Of a stretch of DNA of 64,000 bases, positions 9,753 through 18,506 are shown piece by piece. The translations under genes and the position numbers were made by a program. How positions within the stretch are numbered: position 1 is the first letter of the stretch; each line of letters starts with the position of its first letter. The notes below the pieces were generated by a model. The model saw only the letters and a list, made by a program, of their open reading frames with translations. It ran no database searches and had not been told where the DNA came from. Source of the DNA: a virus; IMG/VR virus record IMGVR_UViG_3300042541_003180, positions 1 through 64,000 of that record; one strand, 5' to 3'.

Positions 9753-10148
9753 TTAAATTATCTCTTCAATTTTCTTATCTCTTAATTCTGCTGTAGATAA
9801 AATTTCTTGTACAAAGATATGAAAATATTTTGTATTATTAATTAAATCTAATGTAATATTTGTATGTGAACCCATACCATTTGTGTTTGATGATAATATT
9901 GGTTGAATATGTCTATCAGTGCCCCAATATTTGGAACCAGGTGGTGAATAATATTCTCCATTTGGATTAGATGTACTTTCCCAATGTTCTATTATAAATG
10001 ATTTGCTTTCTGTTTGTTCAGGATCACATTCATATAGAATCGTATATTGTCCATTATCATAGTTTACATTTAAAAGTTTACTATAAGCAGGAACTACAAA
10101 TGTAGCTTGATTATAGCTAATATATTGTGATTGTGTTCTTATTATCAT
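9753..10148 (-). CDS. hypothetical protein with C-terminal tag
   Basis: ends LRDKKIEEII. Confidence 0.7.
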   Translation of the reverse strand: MIIRTQSQYISYNQATFVVPAYSKLLNVNYDNGQYTILYECDPEQTESKSFIIEHWESTSNPNGEYYSPPGSKYWGTDRHIQPILSSNTNGMGSHTNITLDLINNTKYFHIFVQEILSTAELRDKKIEEII

Positions 10149-10510
10149 ATTCCTAATTTAGTTAGTATTTTATCTCTATAGAAACTTATATCATCAACTA
10201 TAAAAAGGTTTGAATCCGTAATAATTAGATTATCAATAATCTCAATAATTTTTGATGTTGTTCTTAATGACATAGTTCCTACATTTTTATTACTTGTAAC
10301 GATTTGATTAATTTCTAATAAATCAACCTCTGCATTTTCTGTATTAACAATACCTTTACATTTTTGTATAGAATATTTATCTACAAATTCTTTATTATCT
10401 AGTATTTTTTTATAGTATTTATTTTCCATATCTACCATAACATAAGAAACCTCGGTAGATTTCCCACCGAGGTGATTATGAATTAAATCTCCTACTTTAA
10501 CTAATTTCAT
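10145..10510 (-). CDS. hypothetical protein with C-terminal tag
   Basis: ends YRDKILTKLGI. Confidence 0.7.
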   Translation of the reverse strand: MKLVKVGDLIHNHLGGKSTEVSYVMVDMENKYYKKILDNKEFVDKYSIQKCKGIVNTENAEVDLLEINQIVTSNKNVGTMSLRTTSKIIEIIDNLIITDSNLFIVDDISFYRDKILTKLGI

Positions 10511-11349
10511 TACAATATTGAAAGTCCTGGTTTAGAACTAATTATTGATAAATTTACATTACCATCCACATCGTAAAAACCTGGCATAATCATCGCTGTA
10601 GACTCAACACCCATCATTTTAACAGGTTTTAAGTTAGTAACAAACAAAACCGTTTTACCGGTTAACATATCTACGTAGTTCTCACCTAATGTAGGTTTAA
10701 TGTTTGTAACAACGGTTCTTAGTGTATCTTCTCCGAAATCAACTTCTAACTTAATAAGTTTATCTGATTTAGGTACGTCTGTTACACTTGTAATTGTACC
10801 TGGTTTAATTTCTAATTTAGATGAAATATCTAAAAACTCACTGAATTCAATTTTATCTTTCATGTTTAATATATTTATTGCTTTAATTTTACATTCTTCT
10901 TTTAGTCCTGGTATTCCTAATTTCCAGGGTTTTACTGGTTCTCCTGTTGAACAATTTACAAAATAATCTTGTTGCTCATCTAAGAAGTCTTGTATATCAT
11001 CTAAGATAACATATTGATTTACTTCTGGATGTCTATCTAACCAAAGTTTAATTTCGTGACCTCTTTTTACTTGGTCATAATAAATTATATCGGTTGCTTC
11101 ACATACATCTACACAATCTGGTGTTACATCAATAATTTCACCTGGTAGATTACGTTCTTTCCAAAGTGCCAACATTCGTTCTATTCCTTTATCTTTCCAA
11201 GTTGAAGAGATAACGATTTTTGCTCCTGTTTTTTCGATAACTTCCTTTAAATTCTGTACATATTCATCCCTGAAGATATGACCAAATTGGTCTCTATCTG
11301 CATAATCTACGTTTAAAACTCCATCAATGTCCAGAAATATCGTTTTCAT
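10510..11349 (-). CDS. HAD phosphatase (Swiss-army-knife RNA-repair type) fused to a Trbp111/CsaA-like tRNA-binding OB domain
   Basis: IFLDIDGVLN, VISSTW, RGHEI..WL, YVILDD; then DKLIKLEVDFG..RTVV, NLKPVKMMGVES.AMI. Confidence 0.8.
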   Translation of the reverse strand: MKTIFLDIDGVLNVDYADRDQFGHIFRDEYVQNLKEVIEKTGAKIVISSTWKDKGIERMLALWKERNLPGEIIDVTPDCVDVCEATDIIYYDQVKRGHEIKLWLDRHPEVNQYVILDDIQDFLDEQQDYFVNCSTGEPVKPWKLGIPGLKEECKIKAINILNMKDKIEFSEFLDISSKLEIKPGTITSVTDVPKSDKLIKLEVDFGEDTLRTVVTNIKPTLGENYVDMLTGKTVLFVTNLKPVKMMGVESTAMIMPGFYDVDGNVNLSIISSKPGLSIL

Positions 11350-11354
11350 AATGG

Positions 11355-11362
11355 CAAATATA
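11355..11362 (-). promoter_or_regulatory. TAnnTTTG element (TATATTTG)
   Basis: 5 nt upstream of ATG 11349, heading an operon with two C-tagged ORFs. Confidence 0.55.
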
Positions 11363-11366
11363 CAAC

Positions 11367-11609
11367 TTAATTTTGATTTATTAAAAGAATTTTTTGATTT
11401 CTTGTTAGTTGTTTAATTCTCCATTCTTCTTTTGCTGCCAAAGATTTTGTTTCAAAAGATTGTTGATAAACTAATTTTACTGGAGTTCTAGTCTTGGTGT
11501 ACTTTGCTCCTTTCTTCTTATTATGCGTATCAATTCTCTTTTCTACGTCATTACTGATGCCGGTATAAAGGGTCAAATCACTACACTCTAAAATATAAAC
11601 ATACCACAT
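11367..11609 (-). CDS. small GIY-YIG nuclease (YhbQ/UPF0213-like)
   Basis: WYVYILEC.D.TLYTGI..D..KR...HN..KGAKYT..R.P. Confidence 0.9.
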   Translation of the reverse strand: MWYVYILECSDLTLYTGISNDVEKRIDTHNKKKGAKYTKTRTPVKLVYQQSFETKSLAAKEEWRIKQLTRNQKILLINQN

Positions 11610-11696
11610 TATCTATATATTCACTTTCATGCAACATCATGATATATAACTAATAAATATATATATTTTCGGATTTAAAATTTAATATATACTCTT

Positions 11697-12212
11697 ATGA
11701 AATACATAAAATTATTTGAAGGTATAGTTCCTGCACATCAAAGTGGTTCAGATTATAGAACTAGAAACACTGATGAAACAGTAGATGTTACTACATTAGA
11801 CAAAATGTCATTAAGATCACCAGTATATCAAAAAGGTGAAATAATTATCTGGTCAGATAATGTAAAGAATAAAGATGTTGACTATGACTTTGCAGAGAAA
11901 TTACTAAGAAGAGTAGGTCTTAAATTGATAGGTGAACCTTATGATGGTGGATTTTTAGTAAAATGTGAACCAGGTAAAGAAGTAGAAAGTGCTAAAATGG
12001 CAATTTCTAGATTTCCTGAATTCTTTGATAGTTACGAAAGAGAGGATATAAGAATGCCTTTTATATCAAATAAAGTAGAAGAAATAAAGGATAAAGTTGA
12101 AGATATAGAAAGATTTTTTGAGAGTTCTATAAAAAGAAATGTAAATGTAACTAAATATAATAAGTATATTGATGATATTATTAAAGACCTTGATAATCTA
12201 AAAATAAAATAA
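11697..12212 (+). CDS. N-tagged hypothetical protein
   Basis: MKYIKLFEG; TAATATATA at 11683..11691. Confidence 0.7.
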   Translation: MKYIKLFEGIVPAHQSGSDYRTRNTDETVDVTTLDKMSLRSPVYQKGEIIIWSDNVKNKDVDYDFAEKLLRRVGLKLIGEPYDGGFLVKCEPGKEVESAKMAISRFPEFFDSYEREDIRMPFISNKVEEIKDKVEDIERFFESSIKRNVNVTKYNKYIDDIIKDLDNLKIK

Positions 12213-12237
12213 AAAAGTCCTTTTTCAAGGACTTTTT
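12211..12237. terminator. bidirectional intrinsic terminator
   Basis: AAAAAGTCCTT-tttc-AAGGACTTTTT. Confidence 0.7.
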
Positions 12238-12251
12238 ATTTAGAAGTTGTG

Positions 12252-12590
12252 TTACTCACTAACCACAACTTCACGAATTTTTGTAAATTCACCATTACTT
12301 ACCGCTTTGGAGATCCACCTGTTTAAATCTGAACCTTTCATTTCTGACTCGAATGTAGTTGTGCCTAAGTCAGAAGATAATTGTAATGTTTCGATTGTTG
12401 GTTCATCGTCATATACACCTTCATTTTCAGGATTGAGATAAACAACTGATGTTTCGACTGTTGCAATAGGAAATTGATAAACACCGTCAGCTAACTCTAC
12501 TGTATAGTAAAGGTTACCACTAACATAGTGACTTAATTTTGCCATTGCTTTAGATTTATACAAATCTTTTTTAATTTCGTTTAATTCCAT
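12252..12590 (-). CDS. hypothetical protein
   Basis: ORF downstream of the tRNA with phage-like composition. Confidence 0.65.
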   Translation of the reverse strand: MELNEIKKDLYKSKAMAKLSHYVSGNLYYTVELADGVYQFPIATVETSVVYLNPENEGVYDDEPTIETLQLSSDLGTTTFESEMKGSDLNRWISKAVSNGEFTKIREVVVSE

Positions 12591-12611
12591 TGTTATTTTG
12601 TATTTTTAATG

Positions 12612-12685
12612 TGGTCCCAGAGGGATTTGAACCCCCGGCCTCAAAATTATGAGTTTTTTGCTCTAACCAGCTGAGCTATGGGACC
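12612..12685 (-). tRNA. tRNA with CAT anticodon, most likely tRNA-Ile2 (lysidine type); CCA not encoded
   Basis: GGTCCCA-TAGCTCAGCTGGTTAGAGC-A-AAAAA-CTCATAA-TTTTG-AGGCC-GGGGGTTCAAATCCCTC-TGGGACC-A; C4:G69 and C5:G68 pairs are typical of Ile2. Confidence 0.9.
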
Positions 12686-12702
12686 GTTATATATTTGAAT
12701 AT

Positions 12703-12729
12703 ATTATACTTATTTTTCTTTATTTGTTT
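12703..12729 (-). promoter_or_regulatory. putative middle-class promoter AAAC-N17-TATAAT for the tRNA
   Basis: 17 nt upstream of the tRNA 5' end. Confidence 0.45.
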
Positions 12730-12830
12730 TATTTCGTTAGACTTAATTATAACTAATTTTTCACCATTTGTTTTACAAAAGTACAAAAAATAATTGAAAG
12801 AAAAAATAAAATAAATAGAAAAAATTATAC

Positions 12831-12838
12831 TATCTTTG
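12831..12838 (+). promoter_or_regulatory. TAnnTTTG element (TATCTTTG)
   Basis: 4 nt before ATG 12843. Confidence 0.55.
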
Positions 12839-12842
12839 TGAA

Positions 12843-13208
12843 ATGGAAATTATACAACGACATGGCATTGCCTTTAAAGTAATAGAAAGAAAGATGAATT
12901 TCCCTTTCATCACTGATTGTGATGATATGTTATGTGAAGATGTGAGTTCATTTTATTCAGATCCAAACACACAATCTATTGTTTTAATTAGAGATAACTA
13001 TTCTAAACCTATTATGACTTATCAAGATATTCTTGACGAGATAGAGTATCTATATGATAATAGTATTCGTTGGAGAAGTGAGCAAACAAGAGATAGTTTA
13101 AGAACTTACTATCATAAGATCTCTAATATAATGAAAACTTATAAAAGACAAGAACAAATAAATAAAGTATTAAATAGTAACGAATGTACATTATATCTAG
13201 CATGTTAA
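12843..13208 (+). CDS. hypothetical protein with near-C-terminal tag
   Basis: KRQEQINKVL near the C-terminus. Confidence 0.65.
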   Translation: MEIIQRHGIAFKVIERKMNFPFITDCDDMLCEDVSSFYSDPNTQSIVLIRDNYSKPIMTYQDILDEIEYLYDNSIRWRSEQTRDSLRTYYHKISNIMKTYKRQEQINKVLNSNECTLYLAC

Positions 13209-13708
13209 AAAACAAATTATACTTATTTGATAAGTGGTTATCTAAAGATAGAAATACATTATTAATTCTATTATTTGTTGCTACCTCAACTATTATGATA
13301 CAATTTAAACCTTTTACCTTCTATGGTATTGGTTTACTTTCACTTATATGTTTCTATATAGTTTTTGTAAAAGCAAAGATTTTGGGTGGTCAGTGGAAAT
13401 TAGATAAATCAGTATATCATGTGCCACAAAAAGATGAAATTATAGTGACAACTAAAGACTTTTATTGGGATGGTTCATTAAAAAGTTATCATGTTCAAAG
13501 TCATACAAGTAAACCTAATACAGTTTTCATTGAGAAAGGTACAGAATTAAAAATTATACATCTAAAAGAAACCGATGATGATTGGTCTTTGATGTTAAAG
13601 AAAGGCAATGGTGAGATAATCATTACAGTAAATTATTTAGAGTCGAAAGATTACTATAAAACAAAGTCTCAAATAAGAGAAGATAAATTAAAGAAATTAT
13701 TAAAATAA
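13184..13708 (+). CDS. membrane protein (2 TM) with C-terminal tag
   Basis: two N-terminal hydrophobic segments; ends IREDKLKKLLK. Confidence 0.7.
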   Translation: MYIISSMLKNKLYLFDKWLSKDRNTLLILLFVATSTIMIQFKPFTFYGIGLLSLICFYIVFVKAKILGGQWKLDKSVYHVPQKDEIIVTTKDFYWDGSLKSYHVQSHTSKPNTVFIEKGTELKIIHLKETDDDWSLMLKKGNGEIIITVNYLESKDYYKTKSQIREDKLKKLLK

Positions 13709-13714
13709 AATAAT

Positions 13715-14425
13715 ATGGTAAAATTACTACCCGCAACATTTAGATGGGTTCCTAAAGTAGATGATATAATTAAAATAGCAGGAATACATCCAAGTCGTGT
13801 ATTTAATGTTTATATTTTTGGTTCACAAGTATATGGTACTTATGATGCAAATTCTGACTGGGATATTATAATGGTAGCAAATAACTCGGTTGAAGCAGTT
13901 GAGTTAAATAAAACAGTTAAAGATGAATATTCATATAATTTACAAACTCGTAATATAAGATATAACATTCATGTTTATACACCAGATAGATTTCAAAAAG
14001 ATTTAGAGTGGCATCGTATGAATAACCTTGAATGTATCTTTGCACCAGAGTGGGCTATCTTAAAAGAAGATAAAAAATTTGATTTTCAGATAAACTTACC
14101 TAAGTTAAGACACGCAACTTCACACGTTAGTTCTAACTCATGGATAAAGTGTAAGAAAAAATTATTGATTGAAGGTGAGTATCGTACTGCGATAAAATCA
14201 TTCTTTCATTCAATTAGAATACCTATGTTTGCATCACAAATTGCACGAAGTGGTAAAATTACTGACTTTACTGCGGCTAATTTTATTTGGAATAGATTAA
14301 TATTTCAAGCATTACCTGCTTATCAAAGAAAGGATTCTAAATGGGATTGGAATTCTTTGAATCTAGAATTCAAAATAACATATAATCTTATGTTAAGTTT
14401 GTTCAGAAAAGTAACTACAAAATAA
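13715..14425 (+). CDS. Pol-beta-superfamily nucleotidyltransferase
   Basis: FGSQVYGT....SDWDII motif. Confidence 0.8.
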   Translation: MVKLLPATFRWVPKVDDIIKIAGIHPSRVFNVYIFGSQVYGTYDANSDWDIIMVANNSVEAVELNKTVKDEYSYNLQTRNIRYNIHVYTPDRFQKDLEWHRMNNLECIFAPEWAILKEDKKFDFQINLPKLRHATSHVSSNSWIKCKKKLLIEGEYRTAIKSFFHSIRIPMFASQIARSGKITDFTAANFIWNRLIFQALPAYQRKDSKWDWNSLNLEFKITYNLMLSLFRKVTTK

Positions 14426-14661
14426 TGGATGAAGAATTAGAGAAATTATATCAAGAGTTAATTAACAATCGAATAAATTATAGAGGTCAAGGTTTGGTAC
14501 AAGTTAGCCCACCACACCCACATCAAAATTTGATTGCTAATCCATTAATAGCTAATTATGATTTTACTTCTTTATATCCTTCTATTCAGAAGAGTTATTA
14601 TAAGATCAAACAAATTATTAGAAAAAGAAAAATACAAAGAATGTTTCAAAACCCATCTTAA
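14425..14661 (+). CDS. small protein carrying a family-B DNA polymerase motif-A peptide and a C-terminal tag
   Basis: YDFTSLYPSI, then IRKRKIQRMF. Confidence 0.55.
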   Translation: MDEELEKLYQELINNRINYRGQGLVQVSPPHPHQNLIANPLIANYDFTSLYPSIQKSYYKIKQIIRKRKIQRMFQNPS

Positions 14662-14675
14662 TAGATGGGTTTTTT
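14648..14675 (+). terminator. intrinsic terminator
   Basis: AAAACCCATCT-taat-AGATGGGTTTT. Confidence 0.75.
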
Positions 14676-14735
14676 ATTAAAGTTTGATTTTTGAGAATGA
14701 AATAATAATATATACTAAAAAATTATATTATAATA

Positions 14736-16166
14736 ATGTTAAAAAAATATATTGATTTTATAACAGAATCACATGATTTAATAACAGAATCTCAGTTGAT
14801 TGAAATGCTTTTAGAATCTGATGTTATGTTTTCTGATAACTTTAAGAAAGTATTAGGTAAAATAGACAATCCAGTTGCGAAAAAGATTTTAGGTTTAGAG
14901 AAAAAAGATTTACCAGTAGTGGCTAACTACTTTGATATAGATCCAAAAAGAAATGACTATGTTTATTTCACTCCAGATAGAAAAGCTCAAGAAATTTTAA
15001 ATGATCCAAAAGAATTATATCGTTTTGTAGGAAATAATGGTGGTTGGTTAACACATGGTGAAGCAAATAATGCAATTTTTGGTATATTAGGATATGTTCC
15101 ACAAGGTGATGTTTATAGACCTGATTCAACAGAAGTAGGAGAAGTTGTTGAAAAGATAGTTTCTGAAAAGTCTGGTAAAACTTGGATTTGGTTAAAATTT
15201 GCAAATGGACAAGGAGTTTTTAACTTAGAAAAATTGAGACCAGTAGATGATAGAAGTAAGTTAGTTTGGTCAAAAAATCGTCAAGATGTTAGAGTTGGTA
15301 GATCAATGAATGCTCTTTTGACTTTAGCTGCTAAAGATGATGATACTGCTAAGTTTAATGCGAGAGATATTGAAATATTTGTTAATTTATATAAAGCTCA
15401 AATAGATAAATTTAATGATAAGTTCTCTTTCTTTGAAGAAGTTAAGGGTAGAAGAATATATGATAAGTATCAATATGATAATTACTATGATGCGAGTGGA
15501 TCATTAGCTAACTCTTGTATGGCAGAAGCTGATTCGAGTTGGTTAGAACCATATACAGATAATATTGATACTGTTTCATTAGTTATTTTTAAAGCTACAG
15601 AAGATGAAGATATGATTATTGGTCGTGCTATTCTTTGGGAAACTTTAGATGGTAAAAAGGTAATGGATAGAATCTACACAAATAATGATTCTGATGTTGA
15701 ATTGTTTAGACAATATGCACAAGAAAATGGTTGGTGGTATAAATCAAACAATAATAGTGCTGCAAGAATCGAAGGTATTGGACCAGAAGGTCAAGATCAA
15801 AATCTATCTATTGACGTTCAATTGAAAAAAGATCATGAGAATTTCCCTTATATGGATACTCTGAAGTATTATTATCCAGCAACTGGAATTATAACAAATT
15901 CTAGAAAACCTAAAGGTTTCTTTTATTATTTAGAAGATACTGGTGGAGAATGGAGTCATTCAGATTGTAAAACTTGTGATGATAGTGAAGTTATGAAATG
16001 TCCTACTTGTAATGGAGATGGAGAAGAAGTTTGTATTGAATGTAATGGTGACGGAGAAATTGATGGTCAACAATGTTCAACTTGTGGTGGAGAAGGTAAG
16101 AAAACTTGTTCAAAATGTGATGGTGATGAGGAAGTAGCTTGTACAGACTGTGAAGAATATAGATAA
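14736..16166 (+). CDS. SCM / GRAxLW / MDRIY / PYMDT-domain protein with 6 CxxC repeats; paralogue 2
   Basis: MLKKYIDFITES...; GSLANSCM, GRAILW, MDRIY, FPYMDT; TAATATATA at 14706..14714. Confidence 0.8.
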   Translation: MLKKYIDFITESHDLITESQLIEMLLESDVMFSDNFKKVLGKIDNPVAKKILGLEKKDLPVVANYFDIDPKRNDYVYFTPDRKAQEILNDPKELYRFVGNNGGWLTHGEANNAIFGILGYVPQGDVYRPDSTEVGEVVEKIVSEKSGKTWIWLKFANGQGVFNLEKLRPVDDRSKLVWSKNRQDVRVGRSMNALLTLAAKDDDTAKFNARDIEIFVNLYKAQIDKFNDKFSFFEEVKGRRIYDKYQYDNYYDASGSLANSCMAEADSSWLEPYTDNIDTVSLVIFKATEDEDMIIGRAILWETLDGKKVMDRIYTNNDSDVELFRQYAQENGWWYKSNNNSAARIEGIGPEGQDQNLSIDVQLKKDHENFPYMDTLKYYYPATGIITNSRKPKGFFYYLEDTGGEWSHSDCKTCDDSEVMKCPTCNGDGEEVCIECNGDGEIDGQQCSTCGGEGKKTCSKCDGDEEVACTDCEEYR

Positions 16167-16194
16167 AAAAAATCCCTCGATTGAGGGATTTTTT
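16165..16194 (+). terminator. intrinsic terminator
   Basis: AAAAATCCCTC-gatt-GAGGGATTTTT. Confidence 0.75.
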
Positions 16195-16219
16195 CATGAT
16201 ACAATTTAATATATAGATA

Positions 16220-17614
16220 ATGATTACAAACTACTACGATTATATAACAGAAAGTAAATTACAATTACTCTTAGAAGCTAAAATAGTATTTACTACTAAT
16301 TTTATGGAGGTCTTAGATAAAATAGAATCTCCTATAGCAAAAAAACTTATTTCACTTAGAGGTGAAGATAAAGATATTGATAGAAACTTTATTGATATTA
16401 ATAAAGAAAAGATAGATAGTGTTTTCTTTAAACCACAAGATAAAATAGATAAAGTAAAATATAAGATTTTAAATAAAGGATCTGTTTATGATAATTTATC
16501 TAAGGCTGCAAAAGGAATCATAAACAGGTTTGCTGAACCTAGAAATGGTGAACAAGGTATAATTACAAGAACAATGACTGTTGATGAATTAAATGAAATA
16601 TCACCTAGTGGTGTTTGGAGATATATGTATGATAATAGTGATGTTATGGTTGTTTTTCAATTTGGTTCAGGAAAGGATATTTTTGATGTACTTACACCTA
16701 AAAGTAATTTAACACCAGACTATGCTTCGATAAGAAGTACTGATGTAAATGTTGGTAGATTTGTTAGAGCGTTTTTGACAAAACTAGGTGAGAAGTTTAC
16801 AGATATAGAAATTGAAAGTTTTGTTGATCAATATAAGAAAGTAATGCAGATGAAAACAGATATATTTTCAAGATTTAAAGAAGTTAAAGGTGAAGATATA
16901 AAACATTGTTATTTAGTGGATAATTATGAATCAGAATCCGGTTCTTTAGGTGGTTCTTGTATGCGTCACAGTAGATGTCAAGATTATTTTGATATTTATG
17001 TTAATAATCCTGATAAGGTATCGTTGGTTATTTTATTAAGTGAACAAGATTCTTCAAAAATCGCAGGAAGAGCCATTCTTTGGCTAGATGATAATGATAG
17101 ACGAATTATGGATAGAATCTATATAATTAGAACTGCTGATATACTTTTATTTACAGAGTATTGTGATTCGAAAGGTTATCTTCATAAAGAAAGTCAAACT
17201 TATAGTTCAACCACACCACTTGTTGAAAATGGTATTGAATTGGATGAACATGATTCAAAAGTAGTTATTACTTTAAAGAAAGGTGAGTATAGTCCTTATC
17301 CTTATATGGACACGATGAAATATTATAGTCCAGAAACTGGAGTAATATCTAATCGTTATATTAGAACTGCAAATGGTTGTGTTGAACTAACTGATACTGA
17401 TGGTGGTCCTCATGAAGGATGTGATATATGTGATGGTAGCGGTCGAGTTGATTGTCCAGAGTGTGAGGGTAGAGAAGAAATAGATTGTACTAATTGTGAT
17501 GGATCGGGTGGAGATGCTAGTGGTGAAGCTTGTAGTGTGTGTCAAGGTGGTGGCATGGTTCGTTGTGATATATGTGATGGTAACGGTCGAGTTGATTGTC
17601 CAGAATGTAGTTAA
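16220..17614 (+). CDS. SCM / GRAxLW / MDRIY / PYMDT-domain protein with 6 CxxC repeats; paralogue 3
   Basis: MITNYYDYITES; GSLGGSCMR, GRAILW, MDRIY, YPYMDT; TAATATATA at 16207..16215. Confidence 0.8.
   Translation: MITNYYDYITESKLQLLLEAKIVFTTNFMEVLDKIESPIAKKLISLRGEDKDIDRNFIDINKEKIDSVFFKPQDKIDKVKYKILNKGSVYDNLSKAAKGIINRFAEPRNGEQGIITRTMTVDELNEISPSGVWRYMYDNSDVMVVFQFGSGKDIFDVLTPKSNLTPDYASIRSTDVNVGRFVRAFLTKLGEKFTDIEIESFVDQYKKVMQMKTDIFSRFKEVKGEDIKHCYLVDNYESESGSLGGSCMRHSRCQDYFDIYVNNPDKVSLVILLSEQDSSKIAGRAILWLDDNDRRIMDRIYIIRTADILLFTEYCDSKGYLHKESQTYSSTTPLVENGIELDEHDSKVVITLKKGEYSPYPYMDTMKYYSPETGVISNRYIRTANGCVELTDTDGGPHEGCDICDGSGRVDCPECEGREEIDCTNCDGSGGDASGEACSVCQGGGMVRCDICDGNGRVDCPECS
17420..17608 (+). 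repeat. 45-bp direct repeat (17420..17464 and 17564..17608, 2 mismatches) in the zinc-finger region
   Basis: tgtgatatatgtgatggta(g/a)cggtcgagttgattgtccaga(g/a)tgt. Confidence 0.85.
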
Positions 17615-17617
17615 AAT

Positions 17618-17644
17618 AAAAAAACCCACTTTTCAGTGGGTTTT
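17618..17644. terminator. bidirectional intrinsic terminator
   Basis: AAAACCCACT-tttc-AGTGGGTTTT. Confidence 0.75.
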
Positions 17645-17646
17645 AA

Positions 17647-18387
17647 TTATTTCTTTAAGATTTCTTTTGTATAGTAATCATCAAATCCATCAAGATAAGT
17701 AGAAATTGGTTTTGTTTTATCAGTAATAATAATTTCATCAATAAATCCAAAATCTAACGCTTCTTGTGAGTTTAACCATTTGTCTCTTCTTGCACTTTCA
17801 AGTACATAATCAAAATCTCTACCACTATTCTCTGCAAGCATCTTGAATAAGATATAGTTATATTTTTCTGATTCCATTTGGGAGATACGATTATCTTCAA
17901 CGTGTCCTGATGCACCAGAAGAAACTTGGTGAATCATTACTTTGGAAAAGTTCAAAGAAGAACGTTTTCCTTTAGTTCCTGATGATAAAAGAATAGAACC
18001 CATAGAAGCAGCCATACCAGTATTGATTGTGGCTACGTCAGAGTTGATATATCTCATTACGTCAACCATACCTAATCCAGCTAAAACTGAACCACCCGGT
18101 GAATCAACGTGCATTGTAATATCTTTTGTCTCAACTGAGTCTAAATACATTAATTGAGCTTGAACTACAGTTGACATTTGTGTATTTACTACACCGGCAA
18201 CCCATAATATACGGTCCCGCATAAGTCTACTAAAAATGTCCATCTGCGTTACTCTCATTTCTCTTTCTTCAAGAATGTAAGGTGTCATACTATTTTCTAG
18301 TAATCCTTTCTCGAAGTAATGTAGGTTCATAGAAGAAATACCTTCACTTAAAGCGTATTTTTTAAAATCTTTTCCAAAATCTGTCAT
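17647..18387 (-). CDS. clpP: ATP-dependent Clp protease proteolytic subunit
   Basis: TPYILEER..MDIFSRLM.DRI, DSPGG, GMAASMG (catalytic Ser), MIHQ (His), RDKWL (Asp). Confidence 0.95.
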   Translation of the reverse strand: MTDFGKDFKKYALSEGISSMNLHYFEKGLLENSMTPYILEEREMRVTQMDIFSRLMRDRILWVAGVVNTQMSTVVQAQLMYLDSVETKDITMHVDSPGGSVLAGLGMVDVMRYINSDVATINTGMAASMGSILLSSGTKGKRSSLNFSKVMIHQVSSGASGHVEDNRISQMESEKYNYILFKMLAENSGRDFDYVLESARRDKWLNSQEALDFGFIDEIIITDKTKPISTYLDGFDDYYTKEILKK

Positions 18388-18476
18388 ATTTTTAATTTAA
18401 AAGTTTATTGAATTGATATACTTAAAATGTATAAAAGTTTATTTAAAATAATTTTTTAATATCATTTACTTTTCCA

Positions 18477-18484
18477 TATCTTTG
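18477..18484 (+). promoter_or_regulatory. TAnnTTTG element (TATCTTTG)
   Basis: heads the 18507-20051 operon. Confidence 0.55.
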
Positions 18485-18506
18485 CTTTTTAAACTAAAAA
18501 TTATAT

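Noticed and set aside
11367-11410. LTRNQKILLI at the end of the small GIY-YIG protein resembles the C-terminal tag
   Set aside because: It is a native feature of YhbQ-like nucleases, so it was not counted as a tag.
17420-17608. 45-bp repeat whose two mismatches are both A/G, resembling a DGR template/variable pair
   Set aside because: Both copies are coding within one gene, there are only two differences, and no reverse transcriptase is in the window; internal duplication is the simpler explanation.
4464-17614. Calling the Cys-repeat proteins DnaJ
   Set aside because: They lack a J-domain/HPD motif and G/F region; only the zinc-finger repeat is shared.
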